Origin: Nitrospirota bacterium
GTDB lineage: Bacteria > Nitrospinota_A > UBA7883
DNA: 64,000 bases
NCBI GenBank assembly: GCA_024275315.1
Contig: JAJRZK010000012.1
Coordinates: 1,869-65,868 of the forward strand
Direction of reading: 5' to 3'
The translations under genes and the position numbers were made by a program. Of this stretch, positions 17,078-26,685 are shown one piece after another; the first letter of the stretch is position 1; each line of letters opens with the position of its first letter. The notes below the pieces were generated by a model. It was not told the origin of the DNA, did not search any database, and saw only the letters and a program-made list of their open reading frames with translations.

Positions 17078-17614
17078 GTGTATAGGTATTTGCTTTGGGT
17101 GATGGTAGCCGGGTCTGTTCTGGCGGTTTCATGCGTCACTCCCACAAACATGGGACCGCACAACTCCGACCAGTTCGGGGCCGGGTATATGGTAAGCATA
17201 ATCCGTGACCAGCTCCGGCATCCGGAGGTTCTCAATCAGCCGATTATCGTGACTACTTTCGTTGACCTGAACAACCTCGACAAATCGTCGATCTTTGGCC
17301 GGGTGCTGGCGGAGGAGCTGTTAAACGAGCTTCACCAGGCCGGGTTTACCGTGTCGGAAATAAGAAAAGGCAGGGACATCTTCATCCGCAAAGAACTGGG
17401 GGAGATGATTCTTTCGCGTAACGCCAGGGAGATATTGGGCAAGTCGAGCGCCCGCGCGATCCTGGCGGGCACATACGTGGCCACGGCGAAAACGATAATC
17501 ATCAACGCAAGGTTGATAGACATAAACAGTCCGCTGATACTTTCGTCGTGTTCCTACTCCTTGAAAATGAACAAGGAGCTTCAGAACATGATAACCGGCG
17601 AGTCGCCTTTTTAG
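17078..17614 (+). CDS. FlgO-like domain lipoprotein (1 domain)
   Basis: GTG 17078 is preceded by GAAAGG (17065-17070). The signal peptide (V)YRYLLWVMVAGSVLAVSC has a lipobox. Domain sequence: IIVTTFVDLNNLDKSSIFGRVLAEELLNELHQAGFTVSEIR...GEMILSRN...ARAILAGTY...IINARLIDI. Confidence 0.6.
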   Translation: MYRYLLWVMVAGSVLAVSCVTPTNMGPHNSDQFGAGYMVSIIRDQLRHPEVLNQPIIVTTFVDLNNLDKSSIFGRVLAEELLNELHQAGFTVSEIRKGRDIFIRKELGEMILSRNAREILGKSSARAILAGTYVATAKTIIINARLIDINSPLILSSCSYSLKMNKELQNMITGESPF

Positions 17615-17626
17615 GAGCGTCATACA

Positions 17627-18103
17627 ATGAGGAAAAGGTTACTTTTTCTGATCATCATCGCCACCGCGGTCGGGTTTGCGCCGGTACAGGCGTCTGCCAA
17701 GAAGGGGGCCAATATCATAAGTTCGCCCGACGTTCCTACCGCGTCGGGACCGGTTACTGCAGGGGGCGCGAAAGTCCCCAAGGGTATGGGGCCTGACACC
17801 GTGGAGAGCGAAAAGGCGGTCATCACCACGACTCCCATGCCACTGGTCATACGTAAAGTGACGGTGCTGATAGAGTCGACGCCCACCAATTCCGGCATCG
17901 AGGTCAACGGTGTTTATATCGGGACCACACCTTTGCAGGTAACCCTGAAAGAGGGGGTGCATCACATGAAGGTGCGAAAAGAGGGGTATTTGCCCTGGGT
18001 GCGGACTGTCAAGGCGTATAACGGGCTATATGTCAGCGCAGACCTGGTCAAGGAATCCACCATCAAACGGGACGTCACGCAAAGCGCCACGGCCACCCAA
18101 TAG
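17627..18103 (+). CDS. secreted PEGA-domain protein
   Basis: Signal peptide MRKRLLFLIIIATAVGFAPVQASA. The C-terminal I.STP..(A/S)GI.VNG.Y.G.TPL...L.EG.H...V.KEGY..W fits the PEGA pattern. Confidence 0.75.
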   Translation: MRKRLLFLIIIATAVGFAPVQASAKKGANIISSPDVPTASGPVTAGGAKVPKGMGPDTVESEKAVITTTPMPLVIRKVTVLIESTPTNSGIEVNGVYIGTTPLQVTLKEGVHHMKVRKEGYLPWVRTVKAYNGLYVSADLVKESTIKRDVTQSATATQ

Positions 18104-18212
18104 TTCTCGTTGGGCGCGCCTCCCGCCCGATATCCTGTGGCAGGGCGCCACCTCATCGATCAGGCTTGTTGTGGAGTTTCGTTACGGCGGGGTTTACAAT
18201 AGCCTACCTATA

Positions 18213-20351
18213 ATGAAAACAGGCGATGAACTTGTGGCGGGAACCTCCATAAAACTCGACTCACCGATCATGTATCTCAAAGGCGTCGGCCCGAAAAGGG
18301 CCGAACTGCTCGGGAAATTGGGGATTTTCACCGTCCAGGATCTGTTGTTCCACTTCCCGGTCCGTTACGAGGACAGGACCAGGGTTATGACCATATCGGA
18401 AGTGGAGGTGGACAACGTGGCCGTGGTCCGGGCGAGGGTAAAATCGACCTCCGTCGCGCCAAGGGGGAGGGGGCGGAGGCGTGTGTTCGAGGTGGCGTTT
18501 GCGGACAAGACAGGCGTTTTGCGGGCGTCGTGGTTCAACTTTTCTGAAAAGGCGCTCAAAAGCAGGTTCTCAATCGGCTCGGAATGGATAGTCTCCGGCA
18601 AGGTCACCATCAACAGGTATCGCGGGTCGAAGATCATCGTCCATCCTGACACTGAAAAAGTGGAGAAGGTGGAGGATGGGGAATCGTTAAGCCTTGGCTG
18701 TGTAGCGCCCGTATATCCCCTGACCGATGGATTGAGCCAGAAAGCGGTCAGGAAAATCGTCCGCACGGCTCTCGATCTTGCGGAGAGCATAGAAGATTTC
18801 GTCCCCCGATACCTAAACGAAAAATACAATCTGCCGCCGCTGAACGAAAGTGTCAGGCGCGTGCATTGGCCGGACAGTTCAAGCGATCTGTCCAGGCTTG
18901 GCAGGTTCCAGGCGCCGGAACAGAAAAAACTGATATTCAACGAGTTTTTCCTGGTCCAGTCCGGACTGGCCCTAAAACGCAATATCGCGCGCAAAGAGCA
19001 AAAAGGCTCCGCTCTTAAAGCAGGGCCGGAACTGATGGGAAAAATCAAATCCATCTTCCCGTTCAGGCTTACCGATGCGCAGGAGAGGGTATTGATGGAA
19101 ATCGCCGGGGACGTGGGCAAGGACCGGCCCATGAACCGGCTTCTCCAGGGGGATGTGGGGTCCGGCAAAACCGCGGTTGCGCTCGGGGCGGCCCTGATCG
19201 CCGTGTGGAACAGGAAACAGGCGGCCATCATGGCCCCGACGGAGATACTGGCCACCCAGCATTACAGGAATATCACCCAATTGCTTAGGAAAACAAAAGT
19301 GGAGGTGGTGTTGCTGACTTCAGGTTCCGCGGGCAGGAAGGAGGCGTATGCGAACATAGCCGATGGAACAACCCACATCGCCATAGGCACCCACGCCCTG
19401 ATCCAGTCGGATGTAAAGTTTCACGATCTCGGGCTGGTCGTGGTCGACGAACAACACCGGTTCGGCGTGATGCAACGGGCGGAGCTGATGAAAAAGGGGA
19501 TCCGTCCACACACTCTCATTATGACCGCCACACCAATTCCGCGCACACTGGCCATGACGTTGTATGGCGACCTGGACGTGTCGGTTATAGACCAGCAACC
19601 GCCGGGACGCGCGCCGATAACCACTACCATTATCGGACCAGCGCAACGATCTGCGGCCATATCGATCATACAGGACCAGGTGGCCATGGGACGGCAGGCG
19701 TATATCGTCTACCCGCTGGTGGAGGAGAGCGAAAAGCTGGAGCTTAAGGCCGCGACAACCATGTTTGAGCGTTTTTCCACCGGGGATTTCGCCGGACTGC
19801 GTGTTGGCCTTTCCCACGGTCGCATGAAGAGTTCGGAAAAAGAGGAGGTGATGGAGCGGTTCTCCAAAGGCGAGGTGGACATCCTGGTTTCGACAACGGT
19901 GATAGAGGTGGGCGTGGACCAGCCAAACGCGACCGTGATGATGGTCGAGCACGCCGACAGGTTCGGACTGAGCCAGCTCCACCAGCTACGGGGCAGGGTG
20001 GGGCGAAGCCATCATCGGTCATACTGTCTGCTGATGGCGGACACCTATCCCGGCTCGCCCGCGTGGGAGCGGTTGCGGGTCATGGAAAAGACCATGGACG
20101 GGTTTACGATAGCGGAGGCGGATCTGGACCAGAGGGGCGCCGGGGATTTTTTCGGATCAAGACAGTCAGGCCTGCCGGAGTTCAGGATCGGCGATATTCT
20201 GCGTGATTACAAAATATTGGCGGAAGCCAGAAAAGCGGCTTTTAAACTGGTCGACAACGACCCTCACCTGGGAAAGCCGGAACACTCCATTCTTCGGCGT
20301 GCGCTGAAAGAGCGCTGGAAACACAAGTTCGAACTCGGTGACATAGGGTAA
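18213..20351 (+). CDS. recG: ATP-dependent DNA helicase RecG
   Basis: Wedge-domain start (YLKGVGPKRAELL..LGI.T..DLL.HFP.RYEDR), then Walker A GDVGSGKT, DEQHRFGV and QLRGRVGR. I use ATG 18213 because the track's upstream 61 codons look non-coding. Confidence 0.9.
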   Translation: MKTGDELVAGTSIKLDSPIMYLKGVGPKRAELLGKLGIFTVQDLLFHFPVRYEDRTRVMTISEVEVDNVAVVRARVKSTSVAPRGRGRRRVFEVAFADKTGVLRASWFNFSEKALKSRFSIGSEWIVSGKVTINRYRGSKIIVHPDTEKVEKVEDGESLSLGCVAPVYPLTDGLSQKAVRKIVRTALDLAESIEDFVPRYLNEKYNLPPLNESVRRVHWPDSSSDLSRLGRFQAPEQKKLIFNEFFLVQSGLALKRNIARKEQKGSALKAGPELMGKIKSIFPFRLTDAQERVLMEIAGDVGKDRPMNRLLQGDVGSGKTAVALGAALIAVWNRKQAAIMAPTEILATQHYRNITQLLRKTKVEVVLLTSGSAGRKEAYANIADGTTHIAIGTHALIQSDVKFHDLGLVVVDEQHRFGVMQRAELMKKGIRPHTLIMTATPIPRTLAMTLYGDLDVSVIDQQPPGRAPITTTIIGPAQRSAAISIIQDQVAMGRQAYIVYPLVEESEKLELKAATTMFERFSTGDFAGLRVGLSHGRMKSSEKEEVMERFSKGEVDILVSTTVIEVGVDQPNATVMMVEHADRFGLSQLHQLRGRVGRSHHRSYCLLMADTYPGSPAWERLRVMEKTMDGFTIAEADLDQRGAGDFFGSRQSGLPEFRIGDILRDYKILAEARKAAFKLVDNDPHLGKPEHSILRRALKERWKHKFELGDIG

Positions 20352-20373
20352 CCCCGCCTGTGTTTGCGTGGAC

Positions 20374-21321
20374 TTACTCTCCCCAAACCCTTGTATCCGG
20401 GTTGAAGGCGTACCAGGCGAACCAGAAACCGACGGTGGCGGGGAGTTGGGCTCCGTCGGTGTCGGTGATGTAGGCGGTGGACGAGTCCTCGTCGAAATGG
20501 ACCAGTATGGACACGCCGCCAACGGTGTCTTTAACCGGCGTTTCCGCTTTTTTCAACCTTGAGAATAAATACGCCATTGCGTCTCCGTTTCGCCTGATCC
20601 CGATAACCGTCTCCTTGTTGTCGAACCGCTGATTTTTTTCCGTCACGGGGAACATCAACCTGTCGGTGGCGTTATACCTGTCGAATGGATCTGTGTCGTA
20701 GTCCCTTTTGTATCCGGTGTCGGGGGTCAGAGCCACGGTGTCAGGCCGTTCCCGTTTCCAGCGTCCCCATGTTGTGTTCACCACCGGCAGAAGTTTCAGT
20801 TTCGTTCCGCTCATTTTTCCCGTCACCGCCTTACCGGCGATCTGGGACCATAACGATCCTGTCTGGTGGTCGTACAACAGCATGTCGCTTTCGTATAACA
20901 GGCCCGACACGCCGAAAGTATATTCCCTGCCGTCGATTGACCTGTCGAACATCATGCCGGTTCCGCACAGGGGACAGAATGTTATGATCACCGGGCGGCC
21001 GTTGACATGGTCGTTTACCAGCTCGTGCCAGTTCAGGATTTTCACGGGATAGGCCCGGCTGACGCCGTCGAGGGTGAACGCGAGCACACGGTCGGTCTCT
21101 TTCAGAAAAGAGCCGGCGTTTTCCACGGTCGCAAACTTCGGTTTCAGGATGGCCGGTATACCGTCTTTGGGCGGGCCGCCGCTCATGATCTTGTGTTTTG
21201 GAACGAGGCTGTTTTTCAGGTCAAAACCGGCGGTGGAAGCGCAGGACAGGCTCCACGACACACCAATGATGGCGCACAGCAAAACCGCGCCCGCCACCGG
21301 CGATGAAAGATTTGACCGCAT
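20374..21321 (-). CDS. DUF3179 domain protein (secreted)
   Basis: 315 aa. DGIPAI..P.F.....A..L...D.V......G...AYP...L.WHE.VND...G.P...T.CPLCG. Confidence 0.8.
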   Translation of the reverse strand: MRSNLSSPVAGAVLLCAIIGVSWSLSCASTAGFDLKNSLVPKHKIMSGGPPKDGIPAILKPKFATVENAGSFLKETDRVLAFTLDGVSRAYPVKILNWHELVNDHVNGRPVIITFCPLCGTGMMFDRSIDGREYTFGVSGLLYESDMLLYDHQTGSLWSQIAGKAVTGKMSGTKLKLLPVVNTTWGRWKRERPDTVALTPDTGYKRDYDTDPFDRYNATDRLMFPVTEKNQRFDNKETVIGIRRNGDAMAYLFSRLKKAETPVKDTVGGVSILVHFDEDSSTAYITDTDGAQLPATVGFWFAWYAFNPDTRVWGE

Positions 21322-21427
21322 ATTAAAAGTGATTCGTCACAAATGAGGCCAATGCCCGTTTCACGCTTGTAAAAACATCCCCGGCGCCACCTGTCGAAAC
21401 CGGTCCCGACGGGGTGACCATACGTTT

Positions 21428-21483
21428 CTCAACATTTACATGTTTCTCAACAACATTCACATGTTGCTCAACATTCACATGTT
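21428..21483. promoter_or_regulatory. three tandem copies of a 14-bp palindrome AACAT-N4-ATGTT (period 18-21 bp)
   Basis: ctcaacatttacatgtt (21428-21444), ctcaacaacattcacatgtt (21446-21465) and ctcaacattcacatgtt (21467-21483). The array overlaps the sixA stop and lies 105-160 nt upstream of the DUF3179 gene start. Confidence 0.4.
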
Positions 21484-21945
21484 TTGCGACATCCGTGGGT
21501 TTATGGCCCATAAAATGATCCAGCCTCCGCTTTCCGTCCTTTCCAGACACACGAGGGAGCACGTGTCAAACATGACTATATCCCAGGTGTCGCCGCCGGT
21601 GACAAGTTCGGACGCCAGCTTGCTCATAAAAGGCATGTGACCCACCAGCATGGTGTCTTTCGACAACCGGCCAACCAGATCCGCAACGCCCCTCACCGGA
21701 TCCATCGGGCGCAGACCTTCCATACGCTCAATTTCCTGACCCGGCGCCACAACCCCCGCCATTATCCGGGCTGTCTGGGCGGCCCTGGTTTTGCCGCTGT
21801 GGTTGATCCGGGCGATCCGGACGCCGCAATCACCCAGAAACCTGGCGACTGTTTCCGCTTCTTTGCGGCCCCGTCCGCTCAGCGGACAATCAGGATTCAA
21901 TTCTTTTGGCTCTGCCTCTCCATGCCGGACCAGGTATAATTTCAT
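21475..21945 (-). CDS. sixA: phosphohistidine phosphatase SixA
   Basis: MKLYLVRHGEA.... L...G..EA......L...G......HS...RA.QTA (the RHG histidine-phosphatase motif). The start is taken at the conserved MKLYLVRHG. Confidence 0.8.
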   Translation of the reverse strand: MKLYLVRHGEAEPKELNPDCPLSGRGRKEAETVARFLGDCGVRIARINHSGKTRAAQTARIMAGVVAPGQEIERMEGLRPMDPVRGVADLVGRLSKDTMLVGHMPFMSKLASELVTGGDTWDIVMFDTCSLVCLERTESGGWIILWAINPRMSQNM

Positions 21946-22131
21946 GGATAAAATCTTTCGTATTCGCGACAATCAGGGGAAATTCCGCAATATTTTAATT
22001 GGTTCGGGTTATTTTCATAGTAACATTTAACATTATGAATACAAAACACAAGCCACGACTATTGGTGGTGGACGACGAGGAAGACAACCTGAAGGTTGTT
22101 CAAAGCAGGTTGAACAGTAACATTTAACATT

Positions 22132-23532
<1,401 letters not shown>

Positions 23533-23662
23533 CAATTGTCAGGCCGTCGCCCGATAAAAATGTTATTCTATGCTGTCCGGAATGGGTTATCATTCAAGAT
23601 CGGGGTTGTTATTGTAACCGCCTATTGATGCAATTATGACAACATGAAGGGGTTGGGGTGGA

Positions 23663-25921
23663 ATGAATGAAATAAAAAACGACCTGGTCACCAAGTTAAT
23701 CAAGCAAATCCGCGCCGGAGACAATCTTTCCTCCATCCTGCCGAAGGTAAAGGACTCCATATTACAGGCCCTTGGCGCACAGGGGTTTATTGTGTACGAG
23801 CGTAAAAGCTCAGGCGAGGCCATAGTATCCATTTTCGCCACCGCCTCTGTCAGCGGCGACACCCGAATACCGCTGTCGACTCACTCCATACCGGGGATCG
23901 TAGCCCTGGCGCAAAAGCCGCTGGCGATAAAAGACGTTCACAACGCCGATACCCTGACGAAAATTCACCATAACCTCAAGTACGACGCCTCCTTCGAAAA
24001 AGGGGCGGGGTTGAAAATCAAATCCATGCTGGCCGCCCCGATCAAGCCTGGGGCCGTGACTCTCGGCGTCATGCAGGTGTTCAACAAAAAAGGGGGCGGC
24101 GTGTTCAGCAAGCAGGACATGCAGGTCGCCACCGCGATAGGCGAGGCCATCGGGGAGAAATTCCAGGTCGAGTTGAAGGCGACCAAGGCCCCGTACGAGC
24201 ACCTGATCCAGACAGGCAGGCTTACGGCCATGGATCTGGAAAAATACGAGAGGAGCGCGAGGAAAACCGGTGTGTCCGTACCCAGCATACTGATGAAAAG
24301 CGCGGGGATTTCGATAGAAGAGATCGGAATATCTCTGGAGCGGTTTTACCTGACCCCCTTCATGGCGTATGACACGTATGTGCGCATACCCGGCGAGCTG
24401 GTGGAAAACATAAAAAACAGCTATATGATTTCCAATTGCTGGGTGCCCGTCTCCGGCGATCGGGACAAGGCGTTTGTGTTGATAGACGACCCGACGGATA
24501 TTCACCGGGTGATGGAGGTGGAGAGCCTGCTGGGCGCCAAGCACCTGACTTTCATGGTGGGAGTGCCGGAGGATATCGTCCGCTATATAGAGCGCTCTCC
24601 CCGGTCGGAGCCTGGTGAGAAACGGGGACCATCTGTCATCCTGGAGGACGATGCGTCTGTTGGTGAAAAAACCGGCGCAGGGGTTATGACGATAGGAAAA
24701 CAGGCGGCGGATAAAAAAGAGAGTGACGATGTCGGAAAAGACGTCATCCAACTGGTCGACAAGATCATCGCGCTTGGATTGAAATCGGGCGCGTCGGACA
24801 TCCATTTGCAAACGGCCAAAGGGGGGGCGGACTGTATCGTGCGGTTCCGCATTGACGGGGCGTGCCGTCAGGCCATGAAGATTCCGTCGGACAAGGCCAG
24901 GTCTGTTGTGGCGAGAATCAAGATCATGGCCAAGCTCGATATCTCGGAACGGAGAAAACCGCAGGACGGGAAATGTTATTCAACCGTCAACGATAAATCC
25001 CTGGAGTTGCGCGTGGCCACCGTGCCGACCGTCAACGGGGAAAACGTGGTGCTCCGGATCCTTACGTCCAGCAAGCCTCTGCCCATCGCGAAACTGAACA
25101 TGTCCAACAGGAATATGAAAGAGACGATCAACATAGTGTCCCACCCGCACGGGATATTCCTGGTGGTGGGACCCACAGGTAGCGGCAAAACCACGACGTT
25201 ACACGCTGTTCTGGGCCATATCAATACGCCGGAACGGGTCATATGGACAGCGGAGGATCCGGTGGAAATCACCCAGGAGGGGCTCAACCAGGTGCAGACG
25301 CATTCTAAAATCGGGCTCAATTTCGCCTCTGCGCTCCGGTCTTTTTTACGGGCCGATCCGGATGTGATCATGATCGGCGAGATGCGGGACAATGAGACCG
25401 CCCAAATCGCCGTCGAAGCTTCGCTTACAGGTCACCTGGTCATGTCCACGCTGCACACCAACTCCGCCGCCGACACCATCATCCGTCTTCTGGACTTTGG
25501 AATAGACCCCATAAACTTTTCCGATGCGCTTTTGGGCATTCTCGCCCAGCGTCTCGTCCGCACCCTTTGCCCGAAATGCAAAAAGTCGTATGACGCGAAC
25601 CAGGAAGAGTACCAGTTGTTGCGCAAATATTATGGCGACGAGCATTTTGACGAGCTTGGGGTGAAAAACGAAGGCCTGAGGCTGTATGTGTCCTCCGGTT
25701 GCGAAGAGTGCGGCGGGACGGGCTACAAGGGCCGCACCGGGTTGCACGAGCTTCTTGTGGCGACGCCGGAGATCAAGAATCTGATATACAAAAGAGCCAG
25801 TGTGTCGCAGATCCGTGATCTTTCCGTCAGCCAGGGGATGCGCACTATCATGCAGGATGGCATATTAAAGGTGATAAAAGGGCAGACAGATATAACGCAG
25901 GTTCGCAAGGTGGCTGTATAG
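23663..25921 (+). CDS. GspE/PilB-family secretion ATPase with N-terminal GAF-like domain
   Basis: 752 aa. Walker A GPTGSGKTTT, Asp box, Walker B (VIMIGEMRD), His box (TGHLV.STLHTN) and the tetracysteine CPKC...CEECGGTGYKGRTG. The N-terminal ~170 aa resemble GAF (..A.PI......GV.QV.NK). Confidence 0.85.
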   Translation: MNEIKNDLVTKLIKQIRAGDNLSSILPKVKDSILQALGAQGFIVYERKSSGEAIVSIFATASVSGDTRIPLSTHSIPGIVALAQKPLAIKDVHNADTLTKIHHNLKYDASFEKGAGLKIKSMLAAPIKPGAVTLGVMQVFNKKGGGVFSKQDMQVATAIGEAIGEKFQVELKATKAPYEHLIQTGRLTAMDLEKYERSARKTGVSVPSILMKSAGISIEEIGISLERFYLTPFMAYDTYVRIPGELVENIKNSYMISNCWVPVSGDRDKAFVLIDDPTDIHRVMEVESLLGAKHLTFMVGVPEDIVRYIERSPRSEPGEKRGPSVILEDDASVGEKTGAGVMTIGKQAADKKESDDVGKDVIQLVDKIIALGLKSGASDIHLQTAKGGADCIVRFRIDGACRQAMKIPSDKARSVVARIKIMAKLDISERRKPQDGKCYSTVNDKSLELRVATVPTVNGENVVLRILTSSKPLPIAKLNMSNRNMKETINIVSHPHGIFLVVGPTGSGKTTTLHAVLGHINTPERVIWTAEDPVEITQEGLNQVQTHSKIGLNFASALRSFLRADPDVIMIGEMRDNETAQIAVEASLTGHLVMSTLHTNSAADTIIRLLDFGIDPINFSDALLGILAQRLVRTLCPKCKKSYDANQEEYQLLRKYYGDEHFDELGVKNEGLRLYVSSGCEECGGTGYKGRTGLHELLVATPEIKNLIYKRASVSQIRDLSVSQGMRTIMQDGILKVIKGQTDITQVRKVAV

Positions 25922-26065
25922 CGCCAAAAGCTCCGGAGCCAGCGTGATAATCGGCCGAAAGCCGGGCGGGGCGCGGATCGGCCGGAGGTGTTATAAAAAC
26001 AGGCCCTCGCATAGCGGCCTTGGTTTTCGTAATTTAATATGGGCGTTAACTCGATAGGAGGCCAG

Positions 26066-26467
26066 ATGGCTACAAAAGTTATGGTCGTCGATGATTCGAT
26101 GATGATGAGAAAAATGATCAAGGATATTATCAGCAGTCACCCTGATATTGAACTGGTGGGCGACGCGCCCAACGGCGAGGTGGCGCTGGAAAAGGCCAAG
26201 GAGATGAAACCGGACGTTGTCCTGCTCGACATCGAAATGCCGGTTATGGACGGGATCGAGTTTCTCAAACATTACAAGCTTATCGGTTCCGGTAAAGTGG
26301 TTGTGCTGTCGTCGGTCGCCCAGGCGGGGTCGTCTTCGGCTATGGAGGCGCGTCAACTCGGGGCGGTGGATATCATACCTAAACCTTCCGGCGGCATCAG
26401 CCTTGATCTGGAACAGAAAAAGGGGCATGAGATAATAAAGGCGATTTTTAAAGCAGCCGGTATGTGA
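26066..26467 (+). CDS. stand-alone receiver protein, CheB-N-terminal type
   Basis: MATKVMVVDDSMMMRKMIKDII...VGDAPNGEVALEKAKEMKPDVVLLDIEMPVMDGIEFL...AVDIIPKP. AGGAG Shine-Dalgarno at 26056-26060. No methylesterase domain follows. Confidence 0.85.
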   Translation: MATKVMVVDDSMMMRKMIKDIISSHPDIELVGDAPNGEVALEKAKEMKPDVVLLDIEMPVMDGIEFLKHYKLIGSGKVVVLSSVAQAGSSSAMEARQLGAVDIIPKPSGGISLDLEQKKGHEIIKAIFKAAGM

Positions 26468-26557
26468 CACCAATCGGTGCGTAACACCAGCCGGTGGTGA
26501 CATCACCACGCCCGGCGTCGTTTTTCGTGGATAATAAGGGGGCGGGGGTGTTCATCC

Positions 26558-26653
26558 TGTGTCGTGGGCACGATGTGTCATGGACACTGTGTGTCACGGA
26601 CACTGTGTGTCACGGACACTGTGTGTCATGGATACTGTGTGTCGCCGGGCCAG
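26558..26653. repeat. 16-bp tandem repeat, 4 good and 2 degenerate copies (tgtgtcacggacactg), built from alternating GTGTC/GACAC half-sites
   Basis: Units start at 26558 (degenerate), 26574, 26590, 26606, 26622 and 26638 (degenerate). The array lies in the spacer between the two receiver paralogs. Confidence 0.9.
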
Positions 26654-26685
26654 TGCAAGACAATAATAATCAACAGGAGATAAAA

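Noticed and set aside
18030-18212. 61-codon N-terminal extension of recG in the ORF track
   Set aside because: - The extension overlaps the end of the PEGA gene and is P/S/R-rich.
- The conserved RecG wedge-domain N-terminus begins just after the ATG at 18213.
23663-24400. Possible c-di-GMP-binding MshEN-type motif in the N-terminal region of the GspE-like ATPase
   Set aside because: The segment HLIQTGRLTAMDLEKYERSARKTG only loosely resembles the RLGxxL(V/I)xxG(L/I)(I/L)xxxxL motif, because the RLG core is missing. By eye the N-terminus looks GAF-like instead.
23810-24811. 333-aa '-'-strand ORF inside the GAF-GspE gene
   Set aside because: It is antisense to a gene with the complete set of GspE ATPase boxes. 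The product is R/H/G-rich with no domain signature.
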